Source: Octopus sinensis (Eukaryota). Taken from it: 64,000 nucleotides of DNA. Of this stretch, positions 1 through 10,859 are shown piece after piece. The notes under the pieces are model-generated. The model worked only from the letters and a program-made list of their open reading frames with translations, made no database searches and was not told the origin of the DNA. How positions within the stretch are numbered: the first letter of the stretch is position 1; the number at the start of each line of letters is the position of its first letter. The stretch covers positions 78,492,001 to 78,556,000 of the forward strand of contig NC_043001.1 of assembly GCF_006345805.1 (NCBI RefSeq). Reading direction: 5' to 3'. The translations under genes were made by a program, and so were the position numbers.

Positions 1-94
1 ATTTTCTTCTATTCGTCCATACTTCTCCCACTCTCCACCAATCCATCCACATAGTCTGGCAGCGTGCATCTAGCCATTCAAACATACATATAAA

Positions 95-420
95 TATATC
101 AGCAGTCTGGTGGATATGCATATCTCAATGTGTCTCTCTCCGTAATATAGCTAGTTAAGAAATTTAGAGGCCGAGTGATGCTGAAGATTTCTAAATAGAA
201 TGAAATGGAACTATTCATTACTATCTCTAACACGAAATTGCACCTATTCCCAACAAGTATAACGTGTGCTGAATCGAAAACAATTGCAGGGTGGAAGGTG
301 TTTATAAGCCATTTAAAAACACACAAAAACAGTTCGATTTACTTCAACATTTAAACTTAATTTGTGTCAAAATATTTTCGAAGCTTTGAAACCGCGCCCC
401 TGTTCATTGACAATACTTCA
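95..420 (-). mobile_element. Probable Penelope-like element terminal (pLTR) fragment carrying a hammerhead-like fold
   Basis: Non-coding segment ending at a TA tract. It contains a complete minimal type I hammerhead topology on the minus strand (365-412). The PLE assignment is inferred from the known PLE-hammerhead association. Confidence 0.45.
365..412 (-). ncRNA. Minimal type I hammerhead-like motif with variant core AUGAACA
   Basis: Minus strand reads TGTCA-ATGAACA-GGGGC-gcggtttcaaa-GCTTC-GAAA-ATATT-T-TGACA. Stem I is TGTCA/TGACA, stem II is GGGGC/GCTTC (two G-U pairs) and stem III is the palindrome AAAATATTTT. Confidence 0.5.
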
Positions 421-1018
421 TGCTGCATCTCATTTAAATGTCTTATAAACACCTTCCACGCTGCAATTGTTATATATATTGTGTGTGTGTGTGCGCGTAT
501 AAATGCTATGTGTTTCGGTTAAACCTCTCTTTTTCTCATCCTGTCTCACTGGCTACATTTCACTCTTCCACACCCATGTTTCTATTAGATTTGTCTACTG
601 TGTTCTCTGTCTCTCACTCCTCATTCCTCTCTTTCCCTCTCTCACGCTATATGTATATACACGTTTATATATATATATACAGACATATAGAATATAAATA
701 TCTATATGTATGCACCTGAAAGCACACACCCATGGTCACACATTCACGTATACTTTTGTGTGTATGTGTGTTATGTAAGGTTTTTACAGATACACACATA
801 AATACATATATAGATAAGCATGAATATAAACGTATAGATATGTATATACATAATTATATAAGAAAATGTATGTGGATCTATGTAAAGATGTTTCGTATAC
901 ATCTATCTATCTATTTATCTATCCTGTGTATATATGTATGTATGTATATATATATACATATGTATAATATATATATATATATATATACATAATATCCTAT
1001 ACAATGAATGTGTATATA

Positions 1019-1079
<61 letters not shown>

Positions 1080-1197
1080 CACACATAATTTATATATCTT
1101 TGCTATGCACTGAACCGGTGAACTTGGATGTTTAGCATCACTTTGAAGGATATAGGTCCTTATCTCTGCTATACATATATATATATATATATATATA

Positions 1198-1490
1198 TAT
1201 GTCACGTCACGTGACCGACCAGACCATCAGATGTTGTTACACATCGCTGGTCACAATGAGTTCGCATTGTTTTAGCCTTCGAATGACGCCACCCCGCTGG
1301 TTAAGCGAGCAGGCCAACAGAGGAAAGAGTACGAGAAAGAGTGATAAAAGAGTACAGCAAGGATCACCCCCCCCCTGCCGGAGCCTCGTGGAGCTTTTAG
1401 ATGTTTTCGCTAAATAAACCACTCACAACGCCCGGACTGGAATCGAAACCGCGATCCTACGCGCGATCCGCTACCCTAACCACTGAGTCA
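1198..1490 (-). mobile_element. tRNA-derived SINE (family D here)
   Basis: Minus strand begins TGACTCAGTGGTTAGGG (A-box-like) ... GGTTTCGATTCC (B box). The unique body ends in GGTCACGTGACGTGAC at a TA tract. Confidence 0.8.
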
Positions 1491-1527
1491 TATATATAAT
1501 ATGTATATAATATATATTATATATATA

Positions 1528-1619
<92 letters not shown>

Positions 1620-1630
1620 TATACATATAT

Positions 1631-1682
1631 GGCCCAGTGGTTAGGGTAGCGGACTCGCGGTCGTAGTGGATCGCGGTTTCGA
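1631..1682 (+). mobile_element. Isolated tRNA-like head of family D SINE, inverted relative to 1198-1490
   Basis: GGCCCAGTGGTTAGGGTAGCGGACTCGCGGTCGTAGTGGATCGCGGTTTCGA is close to the reverse complement of 1441-1490. Confidence 0.75.
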
Positions 1683-2060
1683 TATATATATATATATATA
1701 CATATATGTATATATATATATTGTTGCGCGCGCGGTGTTCTATATAACAGTTTCACGTGTGTATATACAAACTATGGGCATTGGAGTATGACTAGCTTCT
1801 ACGAATAATTCCTAATTCGGTATCCACAGTTTATACACATATAGAGCTGTTATGTAGATTGATTTGGTTATATATATATAAATACATATATATTATATAT
1901 AATATATAAATATATATATATGTATATATATATCTATATATATATATATATATATATTACTATATATATATATACACATATATATATATATATGTATACA
2001 TATATATATATATTGTATATATACGTATATATAGATATATGTATACACACACATACAAAC

Positions 2061-2098
<38 letters not shown>

Positions 2099-2544
2099 AG
2101 GGGGAAAGGAATATGTAAGTAAACAGATAGATAAATAGCTAGATCGGTACAAATGGACTGAAAAGTACACGCGCACACACACACATACGTATACAAATGA
2201 AGACTGAAACACAGACTCACACACATACACTTCGCCCATACGCACAAGAACAAATATGGAAAGACATATCCATACATAACAGACGCACGCACATTGTTTC
2301 AAAACCCATACACATAGACACATTCAAACATGCTCACATAAGAAGATAAAACTCCACGCAAAAATACGCACACACACATACAAACAAACGAAACGAGAGC
2401 AGCTCTGATAACGGAAAGAGTCAACAACTATTTGAAATGTTCCAAGGCGCAACGAAAATTTTAGTAAATAAGTAAATGAGTGGTAATCGAACCGGTGCGT
2501 GTGTTAAGCAACAGGGCACTAAAGAGAATAAATCACACCCACTC

Positions 2545-2601
<57 letters not shown>

Positions 2602-2667
2602 TATAATATATATATATATACACACATATATATATAACCATATACATATAGATAGAGATAGTTAGAT

Positions 2668-2705
<38 letters not shown>

Positions 2706-2901
2706 GATGATAGATAATAGATAGATAGATAGTCAGAGAGATAGACAGGCAGAGACAGACGGTGTGAATAGATCATTAGTTAGACAGACATACTATATAC
2801 ACACATACATACATACACACGCACACGTATCTCTCTATCTATGTGTGTTGTTGATTATATATATATATATATATATCTATATATATATATATATATATAG
2901 A

Positions 2902-2947
<46 letters not shown>

Positions 2948-3746
2948 TACATATATAGTATACATATACACAACTATATATATAATTATATATATATAAT
3001 TAAATTAGCATATTGATGTGTTAATATTGAATGGTAGAAAACAGATATACATATATATACGTTACTCAAATTTAACCACTAAACTGATGTTACTGTCATG
3101 TGATTATTAAAATCTTCCTCTAGGTAGTGGCACCCGTCACATTGTGTAAAGCAGGTTTTGTCGCTTACGTTATGCAACTACTATTTCACGAAAGCACTTA
3201 TCCCGGAACTAAATGTACATCCGATTACGGTACCAGTTTCTGACTTAGTGTTAAGTTTGTGCTAAGTTGGATGACTAACATCTCAGAATTAATGACACAG
3301 TATTGAAAGAATTAAATAAAAACAGTACAAAACATCAATCAACAACAATCACAAGTACATGATAAATGACCAACCCAGTTCTCTTTGTCTCTCTTCCTCT
3401 ATCATTCCTCCCTCTCTTGATGTCTCTCTCTTTCGTTTTTACTCTCCCTACTGCCTGCTTGTGCGTGCCTATATCTATGTATTTATTTATTTATCTCTCT
3501 CTATATATCTCTCTCTCTATCTATCTATCTGTCTGTCTATCTATCTATCTATCTATCTAACTATCTATCTATCTATCTATCTGTCTATCTATCTATTTAT
3601 CTATCTATACGCACACATATATTCTGTTATACGTATATATGCTTCAGCCTTGGACGCTGCGGTCGTTTTGGGTAATATACATACATACATACATACATAC
3701 ATACATACATACATACATAACATATATATATATATATAGAAGATAG

Positions 3747-3812
<66 letters not shown>

Positions 3813-3817
3813 TATAT

Positions 3818-3880
<63 letters not shown>

Positions 3881-3885
3881 TAGAC

Positions 3886-3933
<48 letters not shown>

Positions 3934-3934
3934 C

Positions 3935-3964
<30 letters not shown>

Positions 3965-3977
<13 letters not shown>

Positions 3978-4200
3978 TCTTTTATTGTTTTAACTGTTCA
4001 CTCATTTGATTCTGTCCATGCTGGAGTACCGCCTTGAAGGGTTTTTGTAGAACAAATGGACCCCAGGAGGCATATCTTAAGTCTAGTTTTTATTCGATCT
4101 GTGTCTTTTGACGGACCGCTATGTTACGGGGATATAAACACGTCAGCATCGATTGCCAAACGGGGAAAGGAGACAAACACAGATACAAAGGTAAGCACAC
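3965..4200 (-). mobile_element. SINE family B, 3' half, diverged
   Basis: Matches the reverse complement of the 3' half of the full copies at 7863-8293 and 45706-46128 (CCATGCTGGAGTACCGCC, ACCGCTATGTTACGGGGA). Confidence 0.7.
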
Positions 4201-4584
4201 GCACACACACACACACACACACACTCACACGCACTTACACACAGACACACACACACACACACACATCTTTTGGGCGAGCGCTCTATGGAAGCAAGGGAAG
4301 CAAAATAGAAACAAAATTGAAACTATATTACTTATTATGATCGGCTTTTGGTGGAAGAGGGGGCTTGACATTCCTGCCCTCTTTTCAGTTTCCTGCCTTG
4401 ACATAAGCTCATCAGTTACCTTCGATAGCTAGGGGTGAAGTTGGTCCTTGGAAACATCGAGCTTTACTTCATGAAAATTCCTCAGATATTTTGGCAATAT
4501 TATAAAACGCTGTGGGTCCTGAGCCCCAATGTTTATCAATACATGACACACACACACACGCATATACAATATATATATATATAT

Positions 4585-4765
4585 GTCTTCCCTTCTCTGG
4601 ATCTTTCCTTCTCCTATGTTTCCGACGAAGATCTCCGCTCGAAACGTTAGACCCTCCTTCATTCCTTCTTTCCTGAGCGTCCAATAATACTATATTTGTT
4701 CCACGTCCTCGCGTTGTTGTGTTTTTTTTTTGGGCTTTCTTGTTTGGATTAACTTTATATATATA
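4585..4765 (+). mobile_element. PLE-type 3' end with hammerhead-like motif (4618-4652)
   Basis: GTTT-CCGACGA-A-GATC-tcc-GCTC-GAAAC-GTT-AGAC, followed by TTTCCTGAGCG..AATAC (shared with 6860-6880) and a T-rich tail ending in (TA)n. Confidence 0.55.
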
Positions 4766-5004
4766 TGTACAGGTATTATATATATATATATATAAATACA
4801 TATATATGTCAAAAATAATAATACTTTTTATAAGCTTGAATATTATAACCGACCACCATGCATACGTAAGCTAGATAGTCTAATATTAGGGCACATAAAC
4901 ACTCGACGGCAAAAAGTATGGCGTGGATTCAATTCCCATGCGTACTGCAAACATTACATTTTTTGAGGCCCCAAAATCAGATTAGTCAAACATTAGTCAA
5001 ATTA

Positions 5005-5271
5005 GTCTTTTGACTGCGGCCATCATGATGTATCCCATTTAGTCGAACGAATCGAATACAGGAATTATTTTTTCTAAGCCTACTTATTATTCTATGGACT
5101 TGTTTTGCCGAACCGCTGAGTTACGGGGATGTAAGCACACCAACATCGGTTGTCAAGCAGAAGTGGGAAGATAAACAGAAACACACAGACACACAGACAC
5201 ACACATATACATACATACATACATACATACATACATACATACATACATACATACATACATACATACATACA

Positions 5272-5307
<36 letters not shown>

Positions 5308-5952
5308 TATAAGTAAAATCTATATAAGTTTTATCAAGTAGCCAGCGAGGAAAATATAAATACAAAGTATATAATTTTCTTCTTAAATATAAAATACATA
5401 TCAAGGACTATTGCTATAAGTAACGCCCCACGCTGTAGAGGGACTCTAAAGTCAAACTACTTCAATAAAGATACACAGGCATCGAAATCGAGAAAATGAA
5501 AGGGGGCTTCTCATGTTCATCTCAGCCGCCCTTTTTTGGTTACGTTGTACCGATGATTGGAGAGCTGACCATGAAATCATTAATGATATACGACTAAACC
5601 TTTTTTAATGGAACTTCTAAGTTCATTTTCTCGATTTCAATGCTTCTGTAGTTTGACTTAAGAGTTCCATTACAGATTGAGCCGTTACTTATATTAATAG
5701 CCCTTGATATATACATCAAGGGCTATTAATATAGATACATGTATATTATGTATATGAGAGATATGTATGTATATAAGTAAATGCACGTACATATATAGAC
5801 ATGGTCTACTTTCAGTTTCTGTCTACCAAATCCACTCACAAGACTACGGTGGGCCAACGGCTACAGTTGAGGAATTTAACCCAAGCTGCCACGTTGTGGG
5901 ATTGAACCCGGAACCATGTGGTTGGGAAGCAAGCTTCTTAACACACAACCAC
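5005..5952 (-). mobile_element. SINE family B copy split at its central microsatellite by a MITE
   Basis: 3' half at 5005-5200 and 5' half at about 5795-5952 (GGATTGAACCCGGAACCATGTGGTTGGGAAGCAAGC). They are separated by (TACA)n and the element at 5401-5707. Confidence 0.7.
5401..5707. mobile_element. Tc1/mariner-like MITE
   Basis: Imperfect TIRs of about 90-100 bp (TCAAGGACTATTGCTATAAGTAACG...GAAATCGAGAAAATGAA versus TTCATTTTCTCGATTTC...CGTTACTTATATTAATAGCCCTTGA), flanked by TA on both sides. Confidence 0.7.
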
Positions 5953-6084
5953 GATATATATATATTGTTATATTTCGGAATGGTCATATTGCTATTTTAG
6001 CCAATAAAAAGACACGCACTATATATTTGTGTTTATTTTGCTTCAGTTTTGTTATTTTTTACATTAATCCTTATCTAATTATTC

Positions 6085-6129
6085 GGTCAGAGTTCTTTCG
6101 GCATACTCCTGTGACCGCATCAGTGGTCC
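6085..6129 (-). ncRNA. Degenerate hammerhead-like motif (core CUGAUGC)
   Basis: Minus strand reads GGACCA-CTGATGC-GGTCACAGGAGTATGCC-GAAAG-AA-CTC-TGACC. A9 is substituted and stems I and II are imperfect. Confidence 0.4.
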
Positions 6130-6138
6130 TTTGTTTTC

Positions 6139-6238
6139 NNNNNNNNNNNNNNNNNNNNNNNNNNNNNNNNNNNNNNNNNNNNNNNNNNNNNNNNNNNNNN
6201 NNNNNNNNNNNNNNNNNNNNNNNNNNNNNNNNNNNNNN
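6139..6238. other. Scaffold gap (100 N)
   Basis: Run of exactly 100 N, typical of a gap of unknown size. Confidence 0.99.
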
Positions 6239-6640
6239 ACACACGTCCAGACCTCTCATACGCAAATACTCTCTCTACGCACACACACACACCCTTATAC
6301 ATACTAATACATACTAATACATACTAATACATACTAATACATACACCAACCCTATACATACACACGTCCAGACCTCTCATACGCACTAATACTCTCTCAT
6401 ACATACACACACACACCCTTATACATACTAATACATACTAATACATACTAATACATACACCAACCCTATACATACACACGTCCAGACCTCTCATACGCAC
6501 TAATACTCTCTCATATACACACACACACACACCCTTATACATACTAATACATACTAATACATACACCAACCCTATACATACACACGTCCAGACCTCTCAT
6601 ACGCACTAATACTCTCATACACACACACAACACACACACA
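6239..6640. repeat. Minisatellite, about 106-121 bp unit, at least 3.5 copies, with nested ATACTAATAC 10-mers
   Basis: ACACACGTCCAGACCTCTCATACGC recurs at 6239, 6360, 6474 and 6580. Unit length shrinks as 10-mers are lost. Confidence 0.9.
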
Positions 6641-6644
6641 CCCT

Positions 6645-6945
6645 TATGTTGGAGCAGGTCATTCAACCCTATATCTCCCCTAATTTCGCTCTCGTGTCTA
6701 TGTTTGATCTTTGACTTCTGGCCGACATCAGATCGCCATGTTGATTCGTTAGTTACTGCACGCATTTTTTTCTCTCCTTCTTTCTGTGTTTTTTTTCTCT
6801 GTGTATCTTTCTGTTGAAGAGCGTAGGCTCGAAACGTTAAAGACTTGTTTTATTTATATTTCCTGAGCGCCATACTAATACAATTGTTTGTTGTTTTCCA
6901 CCTGCCTTCGTCTTTTGTCTATTTTCATAAAGCTTCCCGTTATAT
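6645..6945 (+). mobile_element. PLE-type 3' end (pLTR)
   Basis: Contains the hammerhead motif at 6806-6843 and a CTTCGTCTTTT tail ending in (TA)n. The architecture matches 4585-4765. Confidence 0.6.
6806..6843 (+). ncRNA. Minimal type I hammerhead-like motif (core CUGUUGA)
   Basis: TCTTT-CTGTTGA-A-GAGC-gtag-GCTC-GAAAC-GTT-AAAGA. Stem I (5 bp) and stem II (4 bp) are perfect, stem III is the palindrome AACGTT, and the core carries an A6U change. Confidence 0.65.
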
Positions 6946-6947
6946 AT

Positions 6948-6992
<45 letters not shown>

Positions 6993-7056
6993 TACATATA
7001 CATGTGTGTGTATACATGTATATATGTATATATATATATATAATATATATTATATA

Positions 7057-7093
<37 letters not shown>

Positions 7094-7100
7094 GTGTATA

Positions 7101-7146
<46 letters not shown>

Positions 7147-7148
7147 AA

Positions 7149-7207
<59 letters not shown>

Positions 7208-7224
7208 GCACATATGTGTGTGTT

Positions 7225-7400
7225 TGTGTGTCATCATCACTTGACAACCGGTACTGGTTTGTTCATGTCCCTGTAGCGTTGCGCCCCGGCAAAAGAGATC
7301 GATAAGACAAGCACCACGCTTTGAAAAAGTAAGTACTGGGGTCGAATCTTTCGACAAAAATTTCTTCAGGGTCGTGATCCAGCAATGTGTCAGCCAAATG
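7225..7400 (+). mobile_element. SINE family B, 3' half, diverged
   Basis: CTTGACAACCGGTACTGG...GGCAAAAGAGATCGATA...TACTGGGGTCGA. Confidence 0.65.
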
Positions 7401-7862
7401 AATCAATGTTGATTGACATCGATAAAACAATGCCACCTGGTGAATTGTAAATTAGTAACCATTGCAATCTCTGTCCAAATTCCTTCAGTATCGATTATCT
7501 CATTCATCCTTCGGGAGTCGATAACGTAATGGCGTTTTGTTTTACAACTTTATGGACTATAGTATAGTCACTATACGATCTGATTTTATACCCAATCAAG
7601 GTCGGAATCGCTTTTCAACTTCAGCAGCCGATGAAATAATTTGCTGGACATATACTGATCTACACAATATTGTTTCAGTTTCCTTCAGTATCTATCGACT
7701 TTATCATTCACAAGGGTTTTATCGGACCTGAGACATAGTGGAAAACACTTGCCCTAGGTTGATAAAATAAGGGCCGCATTGAACACTAGGTTAACTTATT
7801 TGAGTATAACCGGTTCCTTAATTCGATATCATGTGCCTATGCGAAAAGCTCTTATTATTATA

Positions 7863-8043
7863 GGCGCAGGAGAGGCTGCGTAGTAAGTAGCTTGCTTACC
7901 AATCACATGGTTCTGGGTTCAGTCCCAGTGCGTGGCACTTTGGGCAAGTGTCATCTACTATAGACTCTGGCCGACCAAAGCCTTGTGAGTGGATTTAATA
8001 GACGGAAACTGAAAGAAGCCCGTCGTATGTATGTATACATATG

Positions 8044-8082
<39 letters not shown>

Positions 8083-8293
8083 TTGTGTGTCTGCGTTTGT
8101 ACCCCTAACATCACTTGACAACCGATGCTGGTGTATTTACGTCCCCGTAACTTAGCGGTTCAGCAAAAGAGACAGATATAATAAGTACTAGGCTTACAAA
8201 GAATAAGTCCTGGGATCGATTTGCTCGATGAAAGGCGGTACTCCAGTATGGCCACAGTCAAAATGACTGAAATAAATAAAAGAGTAAAAGAGT
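7863..8293 (+). mobile_element. Full-length tRNA-derived SINE family B (CORE-like box)
   Basis: GGCGCAGGAGAGGCTGCGTAGTAAG head, GGTTCAGTCCC B-box-like motif, TTTGGGCAAGTG CORE-like motif, internal TA/TG microsatellite and (TAAAAGAG)n tail. Confidence 0.9.
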
Positions 8294-8412
8294 ATATCGT
8301 GGGAATAGCTGCGATAAAGCGGTGAATAGTCAGACCAAGTGCTTAATGGCATTTTGTTCGACTCGTGACGTTCATTTAAATCCCTTCGAAGCTGATAAGT
8401 TAAAGTGCATTT

Positions 8413-8850
8413 GGATTTTTCTGTTTGAACGGCAGTTTTTAACATAATTTCTAGGTAACTAAAAAAATTTTAACTTCGTATACTGGTAGAATGTGTTTAT
8501 AAAACATCTTTTTCTCTTGGCTTTATTGAGAAAATTCTATAGTTTGTAAGATATTTGTTGTTTTTTTTTCAATTTCTGCAATTTCAACCAATCAGTGAGG
8601 TCTATTGAGTTAAAAAGCATTATGTGCCGTATGAATATGTCCCTCGTTTAAGAAACAGATTGGGTTTATTTACATTTGTGAAGAAAAAAAAGATACCCTT
8701 CCCCCACCCCTAACCCTAACCCTAACCCTAACCCTAACCCTAACCCTAAAAGAGATTGAAATGCAATAGATCGATTCTAGGATCATAATTATGTGTCACA
8801 ATTTCATATGACACCGCTAGAAAAAACTGCCGTTCAAACCGAAAAGATCT
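8413..8850. mobile_element. TIR MITE with 8-bp TSD and internal (CCCTAA)7
   Basis: TIRs GGATTTTTCTGTTTGAACGGCAGTTTTT and AAAAACTGCCGTTCAAACCGAAAAGATCT. Perfect direct repeat GTGCATTT at 8405-8412 and 8851-8858. Telomere-type repeat at 8708-8749. Confidence 0.85.
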
Positions 8851-9244
8851 GTGCATTTAGTTAATTACAAACGCATACATACAGATGCAGCTATACTGCG
8901 TTGAAAATCTAACTTTCTTGTTCGTAAAATACTAACACACTCGGCGCTTCTAATGTCTAAGGGTCTATGTATGCAATGCATGCACTGCACCCTTACTATT
9001 TTTCCACGATAAATAATTTTTGTGTAATATATGATTGTTGAGAATTTTCACTATATTCATTGTAGTCCTCTTTACTTTTATTTCGCATTCCTTCCTTTCT
9101 TAGTATAAACTGTAAACAATCGATTGTATTTAACGAGTTTAAGCGGTGAAAGCTCCCGTTTGCTTAGCGAGAAAAGAAGGAAAAGCTGTGAATTAAATGC
9201 TTTCCTGTTTTTTTTTTCCTTTTTCTTTTAGCAGTGAGCGTCAA

Positions 9245-9580
9245 GAGAGAAAGGCGAATTTTTCTGCTGACTTTCAGTCGTAAGTCTGTAAGAGCAATGA
9301 TATTAGTCTCTTCGCATTCTATTATTCTCTTCGAGAAAGGGGCGTCAAAATAAACGGTTGAGTAGTCAACAGAAAGAAAAGCAAAGGAAAGTAAATTTTT
9401 TACTGCTTGTTTTCAGTCATAGGAGTAAGAGCAGTTGTGTTATTTTCTTCGTATTCTCTTATCTTCAAGAACGGAGCATCAAAATCAGGGACAAAATAAA
9501 AAATGAGTGAATGATAAAAAAAAAAAAGAAAAAGACAGAGAAAGCAGATATTTACTGCTTGCCTTCCAGCCATGTTGAGC
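9245..9580. repeat. Diverged tandem repeat, period about 140 bp, about 2.3 copies
   Basis: GAAAG..ATTTTT.CTGCT..TTTCAGTC.TA...GTAAGAGCA..G.TATT..TCTTCG.ATTCT recurs near 9250 and 9388, and partially near 9540. Confidence 0.6.
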
Positions 9581-9809
9581 CAGCAGACACGTCAACTACT
9601 TTTTTTTTTCTCTTGAAGTGCTGATGTTTTTACTGTCTTGTGCCGCAGAGATCAAAAACTTGCCTATTCAGAGGACTTTCCTGAGGCTTTCTTCATAGTC
9701 GGAGAGATTTAGATGTGAAATGCATATTTAGTCAATTTACAAGTTTGTTTTATTGCTTTCTGATATATTTCGTTCGATTATTCGGTACCGAAGACTACAC
9801 ATTTTATCT

Positions 9810-10110
9810 ATTATCTTCCACTTGTTACAATCACTAGATTGTAGCCATGCTGGGGCATCACCTTCAATAATTTTTATTCAAATGAATCTACCGCAGTAGT
9901 TCTTTTAACGCCTGGTGCTTATTATTTTGGTCTCGTGCCGAACTTGTAAGTTACAGGAACATAAACACACCAACGCGGGTTTTCAAGCGTTGCTGAAGGA
10001 CAAAAACAGACACAAATACACACACGCATACACACAAATATATGCGACGGGATTTTTTCAGTTTCCCTTCTGTCAAGTCCACTGAATTCAGTCATGTGAT
10101 CCCAGAGTTT
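9810..10110 (-). mobile_element. SINE family B, diverged
   Basis: GCCATGCTGGGGCATCACC, GCCGAACTTGTAAGTTACAGG, GACGGGATTTTTTCAGTTTCC. Confidence 0.7.
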
Positions 10111-10397
10111 TCTTGACTTTTTCACACAGAGCGAAAAGGAGAAACCGGAAATTTTATGTGTTTGTTTCTGTATGTGTTTTTCTGTGTGTGCGTGTGTATG
10201 TGCATGCGCGCGCGTATGTATAATTAAAAAGTAAAGGCTCCATTCATTCGTTCATGCCAATGCTTTAAATATTAATTTTAAATATTTATAGTTATTTAAG
10301 AAAAGTTAGGTAAAACAAAGTACAGTAGCACCTAAAATATCTATTAGCATAAAGCTTCGATTCATTTAAAAAGATTATAAAAAAATATAAACATAAA

Positions 10398-10643
10398 TGC
10401 GCCCTTTTAAAGCCTAGCCAGGCTCATGGGCCCGGTTTCCCGGTTTCTATGGCATATATGTTCCCCAGCTGGACGGGACGCCAGTCCATCGCAGCGTTAT
10501 TCATTTTTGCCAGCTGAGCAGACTGGAGCAACGTGAAATGAAGTGTTTTGCTCAAGAACACAACGCGTCACCCGGTTCAGGAAACGAAACCACATTCTTA
10601 CGATCATGATGCTGACACCCTTACCACTAAGCCACACGCCTCC
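10398..10643 (-). mobile_element. tRNA-derived CORE-like SINE (family C here)
   Basis: Minus strand: GGAGGCGTGTGGCTTAGTGGTAAGGG (A box), GTTCTTGAGCAAAACACTT (CORE-like), GCGATGGACTGGCGTCCCGTCCAG, and a 3' end GGGAAACCGGGCCCATGAGCC. Confidence 0.85.
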
Positions 10644-10859
10644 ACAAAAAGATTATAACCCAATAGAATTTCTCATGCTTTCAATCAGTCCCTGGATGAC
10701 AAAAGGGTCAACTAGTTCAGTTTTCTCTGTACTTTCCCCAACTTTGAAACATAAAAAAAATATTGTCATTCTCGGAAAAGAGAAACCAAAGCTTCACCTG
10801 AAAATCAAATACGTAGTGGGCAGTAAGGAGTGTCTTCGGCTGAGTGAATGACGAGATTA

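Noticed and set aside
8708-8749. True telomere or chromosome-fusion site
   Set aside because: There are only seven units, and they lie inside a TIR element with a TSD.
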